Assembly: GCA_018818425.1 (NCBI GenBank)
Contig: JAHISB010000002.1
Location: 2,819-66,818, forward strand
Direction of reading: 5' to 3'
Origin: Patescibacteria group bacterium
Lineage (GTDB): Bacteria > Patescibacteriota > Patescibacteriia > UBA1558 > UBA10009
Length of the DNA: 64,000 nt
Positions 44,879-54,241 of this stretch are shown here, piece after piece; positions within the stretch are counted from its first letter, which is position 1, and each line of letters begins with the position of its first letter. The position numbers and the translations under genes were made by a program. The notes under the pieces were generated by a model. The model was not told where the DNA came from and did not search any database. It worked only from the letters and a program-made list of their open reading frames with translations.

Positions 44879-46018
44879 ATGAAATACATTTTAGCCATAA
44901 ATTCTGGCAGCGCTACGTTGAAAGTTAAAGTTTTTGATGAAAAATTAAAGGAAGTTTTTAAAGCGCAAATGGAAAGGGTGGGCCTGCCTCAATCTTTTTT
45001 AGTTTATCAAAAAAATAAAAGGATAAATTTTTCTGCGGGCATTAATAATCACCAGCGGGCTCTTAAAGAAATTATTAAAGTTCTGCCCGATATAATTTAT
45101 CGTGGTATAAAACTGGCGGGCCACCGGATTGTTCACGGCGGCGAGGATTTTGTAGAGCCGACAGTTCTGAATAAAACTATTTTAAAGCAAATCGGCAAGT
45201 ATAATGATTTTGCGCCGATACATAATCCCATAAATTTAAAAACAGCCCTAGCAGCCATAGCCGAATTTCCCAACGCCCGCCAAATCGGAGTTTTTGATAC
45301 TCAATTTTTTAAAGACCTTCCTGAATATACTTATCTATATTCAATTCCGGTGAAGTATTATCAGCGCTATGGCTTGAGAAAATACGGCTTTCACGGCCTT
45401 TCTCACGAAAATATGTTTCAGGAAGCCGCAGCCAGGCTGGGCAGAAAAAATTTGAATTTAATCACCTGCCATTTGGGCAACGGCGCCAGCGTCACTGTCA
45501 TTAAAGCAGGGAAAGCGCTGGATACTTCCATGGGCTTAACGCCTTTAGCCGGCATTACCATGGGCGCCCGGTCAGGCGATTTAGATCCTTACATCCCTTT
45601 ATTTTTGGTTAAAGAATTAAAGATGCCGCCGGACCAGGTTTATAAGGAGCTGAACTTTAACTCGGGCCTAAAAGGCATTTGCGGCTTGGCTGACTTCAGG
45701 GACATATTGGCTGTGGCAGGAGTTAAAGTCCCGGGTTATAAATTAGCCTTCAAGCCGACCAGATATAAAAAAGAGCTTGCCAAACTGGCTTTAAGAATAT
45801 ATCTTTACGATGTGCAAAGATACGTGGCCAGCTACAGCGGCCTTTTAGGCAGGGTTGATGCCGTAGTTTTTAGCGGGGGCGTTGGCCAGAACAGCCAGAT
45901 TGTCCGGGAGCTGATTGTGAGCGGCGTCTATTTTATCAACCGTCCCAAAATTTTGGCAATTAAATCAAATGAGGAACTGCTGATTGCCAGGAAAATTGTG
46001 AAATTTTTAGAAAAATAA
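44879..46018 (+). CDS. ackA: acetate kinase
   Basis: 379 aa. ILAINSGSATLKV, HLGNGASV, ASKEPTIDE ATPase fold. Confidence 0.85.
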   Translation: MKYILAINSGSATLKVKVFDEKLKEVFKAQMERVGLPQSFLVYQKNKRINFSAGINNHQRALKEIIKVLPDIIYRGIKLAGHRIVHGGEDFVEPTVLNKTILKQIGKYNDFAPIHNPINLKTALAAIAEFPNARQIGVFDTQFFKDLPEYTYLYSIPVKYYQRYGLRKYGFHGLSHENMFQEAAARLGRKNLNLITCHLGNGASVTVIKAGKALDTSMGLTPLAGITMGARSGDLDPYIPLFLVKELKMPPDQVYKELNFNSGLKGICGLADFRDILAVAGVKVPGYKLAFKPTRYKKELAKLALRIYLYDVQRYVASYSGLLGRVDAVVFSGGVGQNSQIVRELIVSGVYFINRPKILAIKSNEELLIARKIVKFLEK

Positions 46019-46030
46019 GATCGCATAATT

Positions 46031-46372
46031 ATGCAAATAATTGAAAATAAAATCAATCTATCGGAGTTGAAAAAAATAGCTCAAGAACGATTTGGCGATA
46101 TGCTCAAAGCCGTGGTTGATATTGAAAAAGAAATAATGGCTATTGGCGGTGAAATGCATGCAGATGAAGAGGCCTTGCTTTTGGAAAAAGGTTCAAAGCA
46201 GGAAAATCTCTGGGGCATTAACATCTATCCCGATCACATTAATGATGACTTGATTGAATTTAATTCAATGATAAATCTTCGTCCTCGTCAAAATAATCGC
46301 AGCCGCGGTGTAGATAATCCTGAACTTCGGGATAAAATTAAGCAGATAATTGATAAATTAATAATAAAATGA
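46031..46372 (+). CDS. hypothetical protein (DUF5674-like)
   Basis: 113 aa. Motifs AIGGEMHADEEALLLEKGSKQENLWGINIYPD...NLRPRQNNRSRG. Recalled from memory as a widespread conserved family; low certainty. Confidence 0.4.
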   Translation: MQIIENKINLSELKKIAQERFGDMLKAVVDIEKEIMAIGGEMHADEEALLLEKGSKQENLWGINIYPDHINDDLIEFNSMINLRPRQNNRSRGVDNPELRDKIKQIIDKLIIK

Positions 46373-46701
46373 CCTATATTCATAAAGAAATGGCCGCAGG
46401 CCGCTGGTTTGAATTTTCTTTAATGGAGCAGCTGGCCAATGTTGGCAGTGAAATAGAACGAACCATCAATTGGCGCAATAAAGGGGACATGAAATATTCC
46501 AATAACGCTTTTGAACGGGGTCTGGAGCTTTTGGATTTGACCATTGCCGATAAAAAGAACAGCGGCAGATTGAAAGAATTAACCCGCCTGCGCGAGGTCT
46601 TGGTTGATTATTTTTTCGGCGATAATCAGTACTCTTCGTCGGACAGATTATGGCAAAAATATTTTTATTATTATAATTACGCGGCGAGGATTAATTGTTA
46701 A
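46369..46701 (+). CDS. hypothetical protein
   Basis: 110 aa. ATGA overlap with the upstream gene. Confidence 0.4.
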   Translation: MTYIHKEMAAGRWFEFSLMEQLANVGSEIERTINWRNKGDMKYSNNAFERGLELLDLTIADKKNSGRLKELTRLREVLVDYFFGDNQYSSSDRLWQKYFYYYNYAARINC

Positions 46702-46883
46702 TTTACAAGCCGAATGAGGAAGGGTTGATGGTAGGTTAATTAAATATTAAATACTATATATGGGTTTAATTATTCTGATAATAATCTTACTAATTGTAAT
46801 CGGAGTTATCGCTTATATAGCCGTAAAAAATGATTAATGCCGCTGGTAAAAAAATTAATTAATTTAATAATACATTTTAATTT

Positions 46884-47618
46884 ATGATAAATGAGTTAGA
46901 AATTACTGATCAGTATGATTTAATAAAAAAGTATCACGAAAAGTATTTGAAAAAATTTGGTGTAAAAATACCAAAATTGTTGGACAATAGCGGTCAATTT
47001 ACAAAAAATGCCCTAATGTTAGTTTATCTATCATTAGGTTATCCAAAAACCAAAGTAGTTTCTAAAACAGAATTAACCAAATTTATTAGAATATACTTTT
47101 CAGATACAAATGATGTTCAGCAGGCCAGACACCTTGGTGCTCAAGATGGTTGGTGGATTGTAGCCGGTGGCCGTGATAATATTGTTGCAGATCTTAAATC
47201 AGGCGAATATCAGCTTTATACTTTAGAACAACCCTACCCATCTTTTAAGAAAGGGCATAGAATTATTGATACAGGCGATTGGAATAAATTAAAGGAACAA
47301 TATAGCTTTCGCTGCGCAACTTGCGGTTCTCGGGAAGGGGAGCCGCAATTTAACTGGCCCGGTACAAAAACAAAATTACAGAAATCTCATAAAGATCCCA
47401 ACAAACCTTTGATAGCTGGTAATATAATCCCTCAATGTCAAAAATGTAATCGTGCTGATAGAAATAGATGGGTTTATGATGAAAAAGGCAGGGTTATTAA
47501 ATTAGCTAACCCTAAATTTGTTAAAAATTTTGATAAAGATGTTCGCTGGGAAATATATAAAATTCTTTTTAATGAATTTAAAGGGGAAAATCTTAATGAA
47601 AAAAAGTCAAAAAAATAA
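46884..47618 (+). CDS. HNH/zinc-ribbon nuclease, candidate restriction endonuclease
   Basis: 244 aa. C-terminal RCATCGSREGE...HKD...CQKCNRADRN. Immediately followed by and overlapping a DNA methyltransferase gene. Confidence 0.5.
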   Translation: MINELEITDQYDLIKKYHEKYLKKFGVKIPKLLDNSGQFTKNALMLVYLSLGYPKTKVVSKTELTKFIRIYFSDTNDVQQARHLGAQDGWWIVAGGRDNIVADLKSGEYQLYTLEQPYPSFKKGHRIIDTGDWNKLKEQYSFRCATCGSREGEPQFNWPGTKTKLQKSHKDPNKPLIAGNIIPQCQKCNRADRNRWVYDEKGRVIKLANPKFVKNFDKDVRWEIYKILFNEFKGENLNEKKSKK

Positions 47619-48546
47619 CCAATTATTAAATAAAATCATTTTAGGCGATGCTTTGGATATCATAAAAAAAATTGATGATGATTCAATTGATGTTGCGCTG
47701 ACTGATCCGCCTTATTTTTTAGATAAGTTAGACAATAATTGGCAATTCAATAAAGTAAGCGATCAACGAAATAGACAGGTTATTAAATCTTTGCCAGCCG
47801 GGATGAAATTTGATAGAAATCAAGGTATAAATTTTTATAATTGGTATTTAAAAGTTGCTAAAGAAATTTATAGAGTGTTAAAACCTGGCGGCTTCTTTTT
47901 TTCTTTTTCTAGCCCCAGATTATATCATAGAATGGCCAGCGCCATAGATGACGCGGGCTTATTAATCAAGGATTGCTTTTTGTGGGTTTATACGCAAAAT
48001 CAGGCAAAGGCAATGGGGCTGGATCATTTTATTGATAAAATGGAAATCAGTCAAAAAGAAAAAGATAAACTCAAAGATAAATTAAAGGACTGGAAAACTC
48101 CTCAAATTAAATCGGTTTTTGAACCTATAGTGATGGCGCAAAAGCCCACTGACGGCACTTTTTTAGAAAATATGATCAAAAATAAAGTAGGCCTTTTTAA
48201 TACGCGGGTAAAAGTCGGCGCTAATATGTTCCCGTCAAACCTGTTTATAATTGATGGCATAAATGAAATAATGGATAAGTATTTTTTAATTGGCAAACCA
48301 TCTAAAAATGAAAAGTTGTATTTTAATAAACATATGACTGTCAAGCCATTAACTTTATGCGAGCATCTGCTAAAACTTTCGGTCTTTGATAATAATGGTG
48401 TTGTTTTAGATCCTTTCACTGGTAGCGGCACCACATTGTTAGCGGCAAAAAATTTAAAATTAAATTATATAGGAATTGATATTAACAAAGAATATATTGA
48501 TATTGCCAATGAGAGGTTGAATATGCAATCAAATAAACTTTTATGA
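47596..48546 (+). CDS. beta-class amino DNA methyltransferase (DPPY; N6-adenine or N4-cytosine)
   Basis: Track start 47518 overlaps the upstream gene; ATG 47596 gives MKKSQKNNQLLNKIILGDALDIIKKIDDDSIDVALTDPPYF (motif IV). C-terminal HPTQKP-like region plus VLDPFTGSGTTLLAAKNLKLNYIGIDINKEYIDIA (motif I). Confidence 0.8.
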   Translation: MKKSQKNNQLLNKIILGDALDIIKKIDDDSIDVALTDPPYFLDKLDNNWQFNKVSDQRNRQVIKSLPAGMKFDRNQGINFYNWYLKVAKEIYRVLKPGGFFFSFSSPRLYHRMASAIDDAGLLIKDCFLWVYTQNQAKAMGLDHFIDKMEISQKEKDKLKDKLKDWKTPQIKSVFEPIVMAQKPTDGTFLENMIKNKVGLFNTRVKVGANMFPSNLFIIDGINEIMDKYFLIGKPSKNEKLYFNKHMTVKPLTLCEHLLKLSVFDNNGVVLDPFTGSGTTLLAAKNLKLNYIGIDINKEYIDIANERLNMQSNKLL

Positions 48547-49064
48547 ACCTAAAATCCAAAATCCGCGAAATACCGGATTGGCCCATCAAGGGCGTGAATT
48601 TTAAAGATATTTCCACGATTATAGAAGATAAAGAAGCGTTTAGGTATGTCATTGATAAGTTATTGGAACCATATCAAGGGCAAAAAATTGATAAAGTGGT
48701 GGGCATTGATGCCCGAGGGTTTTTATTTTGTTCGGCCATGGCTTACCGCTTGGGCGCCGGCTGCGTGATGATTCGGAAAAAAGGCAAACTGCCCTGGAAA
48801 ACCATCGGCCAGGATTATGCTTTGGAATACGGCGCCAATACCATTGAAATGCATCAGGACAGCATCAAGCCGGGAGAGAGAGTGATAATCGTTGATGATT
48901 TATTAGCCACGGGCGGTACCATGGCCGCGACCGTTGATTTAGTCAAACAATTGGGCGGCGAGATTGCGGGCATCAGCTTTATCATCGATCTGGTATTTTT
49001 AAAAGGCAAAGAGAAAATCAAAGATTATCCAGTTCATACCTTGGTTGAATATGAGAGTGAGTAG
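48543..49064 (+). CDS. apt: adenine phosphoribosyltransferase
   Basis: 173 aa. PRPP-binding VIIVDDLLATGGT. Confidence 0.85.
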   Translation: MNLKSKIREIPDWPIKGVNFKDISTIIEDKEAFRYVIDKLLEPYQGQKIDKVVGIDARGFLFCSAMAYRLGAGCVMIRKKGKLPWKTIGQDYALEYGANTIEMHQDSIKPGERVIIVDDLLATGGTMAATVDLVKQLGGEIAGISFIIDLVFLKGKEKIKDYPVHTLVEYESE

Positions 49065-49066
49065 TT

Positions 49067-49206
49067 ACACTGTCATTGCGAGGAGCCGTGAACCAGAGCG
49101 CAAGCGATTGGTTCAGGGCGACGAAGCAATCCCCTTACTGAACGGACGTCCATTGGCAAGGGGATTGCTTCGTCCCTCCTAACGTCGGGACTCGCAATGA
49201 CAGTGG
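49067..49206. repeat. GC-rich compound hairpin element of the TGTCATTGCGAG family
   Basis: Outer stem cactgtcattgcgagg / cctcgcaatgacagtg. 17-bp perfect inner stem gacgaagcaatcccctt (49120-49136) / aaggggattgcttcgtc (49158-49174). Extra hairpin gaacc...ggttc. Confidence 0.8.
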
Positions 49207-49223
49207 TATAATATTATTATTCT

Positions 49224-50039
49224 ATGACACAACAAGATATTCAAACAGCCGAAATCGGCATTATCGGCGGTTCTGGCTTTTATGAATTTATTGAAAATGG
49301 CGAGGAGTTTGAGATTGACACCGACTGGGGCAAACCCAGCGCTAAAATCACTGTCGGCGAAGTGGAGGGCAAAAAAGTGGCTTTTTTGCCGCGCCATGGC
49401 AAAAAGCATATTTTTCCGCCTCACCGGGTTCCATACCTTGCCAATATCGCCGCTTTAAAGAAAATCGGCGTTAAATACATTATTGCTCCTTCGAGCTGCG
49501 GTTCTCTTCAGGCAAACATCAAACCGGGCGATTTTATAATTTGCGATCAGTTTGTGGACAGGACTAAAAACAGGCCCGATACTTATTACAACGGTCCGGA
49601 GGTTGTTCATATTGTTGGGGCAGAACCATATTGCCCCACCCTTCGTCAAATTGCCATTGCCTCTTGTGAAAAACTCAACATTGCTCACCATCCTGCTGGC
49701 ACGGCCGTAGTTGTCAACGGCCCCAGATTTTCTACCAAAGCAGAAAGCTTATGGTTTACTAAAATGGGCTGGCAGGTGGTAAACATGACCCAGTATCCAG
49801 AAGTAGTTCTGGCTAGGGAGCAAGATATTCATTATGTTAATATTTCTTTAAGTACTGATTATGATGTCGGTATAGTGGCTGAACAAGAAATGCCGCCGGT
49901 GAATATTGAAGAAGTATTAAAAACCTTCAAGAACAATATCGAAAAAGTCAAAAATTTAATCAAAGAAATAATAAAACAACTGCCGCCGGAAGAATTAAAG
50001 TGTGAGTGCCATCGGACTTTGGAGAAATCAAAGTTGTAA
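49224..50039 (+). CDS. mtnP: S-methyl-5'-thioadenosine phosphorylase
   Basis: 271 aa. IGIIGGSGFYEF, PNP/MTAP family 2 motifs. Extended -10 TGGTATAAT at 49203-49211, 12 nt before the ATG. Confidence 0.8.
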   Translation: MTQQDIQTAEIGIIGGSGFYEFIENGEEFEIDTDWGKPSAKITVGEVEGKKVAFLPRHGKKHIFPPHRVPYLANIAALKKIGVKYIIAPSSCGSLQANIKPGDFIICDQFVDRTKNRPDTYYNGPEVVHIVGAEPYCPTLRQIAIASCEKLNIAHHPAGTAVVVNGPRFSTKAESLWFTKMGWQVVNMTQYPEVVLAREQDIHYVNISLSTDYDVGIVAEQEMPPVNIEEVLKTFKNNIEKVKNLIKEIIKQLPPEELKCECHRTLEKSKL

Positions 50040-50040
50040 T

Positions 50041-50160
50041 CTTGTATCGCTGTTCGTGTATCGTATATCGTGTATCGTAATCGTGTATCGTGTATCTCTA
50101 TCATCATTATTAAATAATTCAATAATTAACGATACACGATACACGAACAGCGATATACGA
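50041..50160. repeat. intergenic word palindrome (cgtgtatcg / cgatacacg words)
   Basis: Forward words 50041-50100, reverse-complement words 50120-50160. Confidence 0.6.
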
Positions 50161-50202
50161 CTTGCTATTGTTTTATATTTTATAGTCTAGTATAATAATT
50201 TT

Positions 50203-51480
50203 ATGTTCAAGAGAATCAAAACTTTAATCATTTTGGCATTAAGTTTGATTCTTTTTATTTTTGTTTGCTCGCCGGCTCAGTCAGCGGATTATGATTATGA
50301 TTTAGCAATCGGTCCGACCGACATCTATTTTTCCGAAGAAATTTTAATAACCGGAGAGCAGGTGAGGATTTACGCCAAAGTTCATAATGTTGGCAATTAT
50401 GATATGTTGGGCTACGTTTCTTTTTTTCGGGGCATTGAATTAATCGGCAATTCCCAGGTGGTTTCGGTATTGCCCAATAGCAGCGACGATGTTTTTGTCG
50501 ATTTTACGGTGCCGGAAGATTCATTCAATATTCAGGCAAAAATTCAGGGCACCGACCCCCAGGACCAGAACACCGGCAATAACGAAACTCAAACAGCTCT
50601 TTTTTATCCCGAAGTAGATACCGACGGCGACGGTATTGTCGACAGCATAGATGAAGACGATGATAACGACGGCTTAACTGACAGCCAGGAAGCGGGCATG
50701 TGCACCGATCCTTTAGATGCCGACACCGATAACGACGGAGTTAACGATAATAATGATAACTTTCCCTGCGATCCGGCGGAAACCTTGGATACTGACGGCG
50801 ACGGCATTGGCGATAATGCCGATGTTGACGATGACAACGACGGCTGGTCCGATAGCCAGGAGTTAACGGCCGGCACCGATCCTTTAAGAAAAGACACCGA
50901 TGGCGACGGCGTTAACGACCCTCAAGATGCTTATCCTTTAGACCCTGATAAATGGGAAGAGGAAGCGCCTCAAAATATTTTTCAGCCGCCGCAGCTGCCT
51001 TCATTGTCTAATCAAAACACTAATCAAGCAACTGGCGAAACCACTGCCAATCAGAATGTTAATCAGGGAGATTCAGAAAATACCAGTCAAATTATTCAAA
51101 TTCTTGATGATATAGAAATGAAGCTGGGCAGTTCCAATCAATCAGACGAGCTTGCCGCTCAAGACAAAATTCAGCCATTAAATAAGTTAGGCGAAACGAT
51201 AGAAAAAGTAACCGGCGTTTCAGGACCATTTTTTAGATTAAATAATTGGTTCTTTTGGCTGATATTAGCCATTTTTATTGTTTTGATAACCATTGCAGTT
51301 ATTTTGATAATAAATAAGAAAAGGGCCGGCTCTGGTTTAAAAATGGATTCGTTAAAAAGTAAGACTTCAAAAAAAGTAGAAATTCAAAAAATAACGCCAT
51401 CACAGCCGTCAGCTAAGCCAAAACTGCCGCCCAATGTGGTTAATCTTAAAGAGATAATGAAGAAAAAGAATAAACAATAA
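50203..51480 (+). CDS. cell-surface protein with thrombospondin type-3-like Ca-binding repeats and C-terminal TM anchor
   Basis: Signal peptide. Repeated DTDGDG..D..D.DDDNDG motifs. C-terminal TM plus basic tail. Confidence 0.65.
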   Translation: MFKRIKTLIILALSLILFIFVCSPAQSADYDYDLAIGPTDIYFSEEILITGEQVRIYAKVHNVGNYDMLGYVSFFRGIELIGNSQVVSVLPNSSDDVFVDFTVPEDSFNIQAKIQGTDPQDQNTGNNETQTALFYPEVDTDGDGIVDSIDEDDDNDGLTDSQEAGMCTDPLDADTDNDGVNDNNDNFPCDPAETLDTDGDGIGDNADVDDDNDGWSDSQELTAGTDPLRKDTDGDGVNDPQDAYPLDPDKWEEEAPQNIFQPPQLPSLSNQNTNQATGETTANQNVNQGDSENTSQIIQILDDIEMKLGSSNQSDELAAQDKIQPLNKLGETIEKVTGVSGPFFRLNNWFFWLILAIFIVLITIAVILIINKKRAGSGLKMDSLKSKTSKKVEIQKITPSQPSAKPKLPPNVVNLKEIMKKKNKQ

Positions 51481-51525
51481 TCAATGAACAGTGATCAATA
51501 AACAATAATCAATGAACAATGATTT

Positions 51526-51580
51526 TCTTTGTCATTTCGGGCGGAATGAAATGGAGCCCAAGAAATCTCTTAAAATGCCT
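51526..51580. repeat. TTTGTCATTTCG(G/A)GCGGAATGAAATGGAG element copy
   Basis: Near-identical over ~50 nt to 58627-58678. Confidence 0.7.
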
Positions 51581-51779
51581 GGAAGGGCGTTTTTTCTTGC
51601 TTTAGTTATAATGATTGGTTACAATACAATACATAATAAAAAGTACCAATTAATCGCAAACGACCCAAACATTCGCGAACCAATCACGAACGATTTTATC
51701 AACAATACACGATACCCCTCGACTCGCTACGCTCGATCGGGGCCTGTCGGCACGATATACGATACATGATATACGATTT

Positions 51780-53504
51780 ATGAACAAATACCAATGGAAA
51801 ATTAAAAAGCCGATTGCCGAAGAAATCAGGCAGAAATTTCCTGAAGTAAATCCCATTATTCTTCAGCTGTTAATCGATAGAGGCCTTACCACTCAAGAGC
51901 AGATCGACGAGTTTTTGCATCCGGATTATTCGCAGGATATTCATGATCCTTTTTTATTTTCTCAAATGAAGCAAGCAGTAGACCGCATTTATCAATCAAA
52001 AGAAAATCAGGGAAAGGCGGTAATTTACGGCGACTATGATGCTGACGGAGTTTGCGGGTCGGCTATCTTGGCCAAAGTTTTTAAAGAGATCGGTCTTGAT
52101 TTTGAAGTTTATTTACCCGACAGAGGGCTGGAGGGCTATGGTTTAAATGAGGAGGCCATTAAGGAGCTGGCCAGCCAGAACGTCAAATTGATTATTACCG
52201 TTGACTGCGGCATCAGCAATGTCAAAGAAGTCAGCTTAGCCAACGAGCTGGGCCTAGAGGTGATAATCACCGACCATCACCACGTGGCCGAAGAATTGCC
52301 AAAAGCGCTGGCCATTATTCATCCGGGCTGGGATAAAAACTATCCTTTTAAAAAATTGGCCGGCGGGGGAGTGGCCTTTAAATTAGCCCAAGCCATTTTA
52401 CAAGATCCAAGATTGAATATCAAAGAAACAAATGTTAGTACTTTAGAGAAATGGCTTTTAGATTTGGTGGCCATTAGCACGGTGGCCGATATGGTGCCGC
52501 TGGTTGGCGAGAACCGGACCTTAGTTAAACACGGGCTTATTGTTCTTTCTAAAACCAAAAATCTTGGCCTGCAGAAATTAATAGAGATCACTGGCATCAA
52601 AAAAACAGACACTTATACTATTGGCTGGCAGATTGCGCCCAGAATCAATGCGGCCGGCCGCATGGATCATGCCAACAGCGCTTATCAATTATTAACGACC
52701 GAAAATATAGAAGAGGCCATAACTATTGCCCATGGCTTAAATAAAAGCAATCAGGAGCGCCAGTCGCTTACCGAAAGTTTAATTGAGCAGGCCAAAGAAC
52801 AGGTCGGCGAAGCCAAAGATGATTTACCAATAATTTTTGCCCAGGGCAAGGGCTGGCCGCCCGGGGTAATTGGCTTGGTTTCTTCTAAATTAACTAATAT
52901 TTATGCCAGGCCTTCAATTGTCCTGTCGGAAAAAGATGATCATTTGGTGGCTTCGGGCAGAAGCATTGGTGAATTTAATTTAATCGAAGCTCTGGACCGG
53001 TTTAAAGATTATTTTGAAAAGTATGGCGGCCACAGCGGCGCCGCCGGGTTTTCTATTAAAATTGAAAGATACGAGGATTTTAAGGCTAAGTTTACTGATT
53101 ATGCCAAAGAAAAATTAACAGGCGTTAAATTTATTCCCAAGCTGATTATTGATTTAGAAATATCATTAAAAGAAATCGACTGGCCGTTGATTGAATCATT
53201 GAACCAGTTTGAACCGTTTGGACAAAGCAATTACTGCCCCCGTTTTTTAATCAGAAATGTAAAAGTTATGTCCCGTGACAGCGTGGGCCATGATAATAAG
53301 CATTTGCGTCTGATAGTTGGCCAGGAGAATCTTCAGCGCAAGGTTATCTGCTTTAGCTTTGGCGATTACTGCCAAAAAATTGAACCGGAAGATATAATCG
53401 ATATTGTCTGCGAAGCCAGCGTTAACGAGTGGAACGGGACTAGGGAGATACAGCTTTCGTTGGTAGATTTGAAAATATCTAATGAACGCCAAGGCCTTGC
53501 CTAA
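51780..53504 (+). CDS. recJ: single-stranded-DNA-specific exonuclease RecJ
   Basis: 574 aa. DHH motifs (YGDYDADGVCG, ITDHHH), DHHA1 domain (GGHSGAAG), C-terminal OB fold. Confidence 0.85.
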   Translation: MNKYQWKIKKPIAEEIRQKFPEVNPIILQLLIDRGLTTQEQIDEFLHPDYSQDIHDPFLFSQMKQAVDRIYQSKENQGKAVIYGDYDADGVCGSAILAKVFKEIGLDFEVYLPDRGLEGYGLNEEAIKELASQNVKLIITVDCGISNVKEVSLANELGLEVIITDHHHVAEELPKALAIIHPGWDKNYPFKKLAGGGVAFKLAQAILQDPRLNIKETNVSTLEKWLLDLVAISTVADMVPLVGENRTLVKHGLIVLSKTKNLGLQKLIEITGIKKTDTYTIGWQIAPRINAAGRMDHANSAYQLLTTENIEEAITIAHGLNKSNQERQSLTESLIEQAKEQVGEAKDDLPIIFAQGKGWPPGVIGLVSSKLTNIYARPSIVLSEKDDHLVASGRSIGEFNLIEALDRFKDYFEKYGGHSGAAGFSIKIERYEDFKAKFTDYAKEKLTGVKFIPKLIIDLEISLKEIDWPLIESLNQFEPFGQSNYCPRFLIRNVKVMSRDSVGHDNKHLRLIVGQENLQRKVICFSFGDYCQKIEPEDIIDIVCEASVNEWNGTREIQLSLVDLKISNERQGLA

Positions 53505-53634
53505 TATGTCATTGCGAGGAGTGTGATCCCTCACTCCGTTCAGGACAGGCTCCACAATCCCATTGAGTTACGAACTTTCGTTCAACAAGGAGATTGCTTC
53601 GCTCGTGCCTCGCTCGCAATGACAGCAAGGCCAA
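53490..53634. repeat. TGTCATTGCGAG-family compound hairpin overlapping the recJ stop
   Basis: aaggccttgcctaatatgtcattgcgagg pairs with cctcgctcgcaatgacagcaaggcc. Interior related to the 49067 and 58605 copies. Confidence 0.7.
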
Positions 53635-53656
53635 TCAGACTTTATTCAATAAATTC

Positions 53657-54064
53657 ATGAAACAGCAAAAACTTAAAATATATTCCGATGGCGGGGCCAG
53701 GGGCAATCCCGGACCGGCGGCCTGCGGCGTGGTTATTAAAGATGCTAAAAGTCAGACCATCAGCAAACATTCAAAATATCTTGGTGAAACCACCAATAAT
53801 CAGGCAGAATATGCCGGAGTCTTGTTAGGTTTACAAGAAGCTAAAAAATTAGGCGCTCAAGAAGCCCATTTTTATTTAGACAGCGAACTGGTTGTTAATC
53901 AACTTTCGCAGAATTATAAAGTCAAAAATTTAGACATTCAAACGGCTTTTGTTAAAATTTGGAATTTGAGCGTTGGTTTTGCCAAAGTCAAATATCACCA
54001 TATTCCCAGAGAAGAGAATAAAGAAGCCGATCGGCTGGTTAATCAGGAACTTGATAGGAATTGA
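53657..54064 (+). CDS. rnhA: ribonuclease HI
   Basis: Track start is TTG 53594, inside the repeat; ATG 53657 gives MKQQKLKIYSDGGARGNPGPAA... DEDD catalytic residues and C-terminal NKEADRL. Confidence 0.8.
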   Translation: MKQQKLKIYSDGGARGNPGPAACGVVIKDAKSQTISKHSKYLGETTNNQAEYAGVLLGLQEAKKLGAQEAHFYLDSELVVNQLSQNYKVKNLDIQTAFVKIWNLSVGFAKVKYHHIPREENKEADRLVNQELDRN

Positions 54065-54077
54065 TCTTTGATCTAAG

Positions 54078-54176
54078 ACCGAAGACTTCGGCCATGAGCC
54101 ATAGGCCATCATCCTTTGGCTGAAAGGCCGACCAGCCTCCGTTCGGCCTGAGCTCACGGCCGAAGGCTGGCTGGGA
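54078..54176. repeat. GC-rich tandem-hairpin element, copy D (inverted relative to copy B)
   Basis: 54130-54175 is the exact reverse complement of 35529-35574. The flanks share the ggctggtcggcct core. Confidence 0.85.
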
Positions 54177-54241
54177 AAACTGAAGACTAATAAGATTCAT
54201 AATTGACGAAAAGCTTTGTAAACTGTTATAATAAATTCACT

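Noticed and set aside
51512-51769. 85-aa ORF between the surface protein gene and recJ
   Set aside because: Made of the TGTCATTTCG repeat and cacgaac/acgatac word palindromes. No coding signal.
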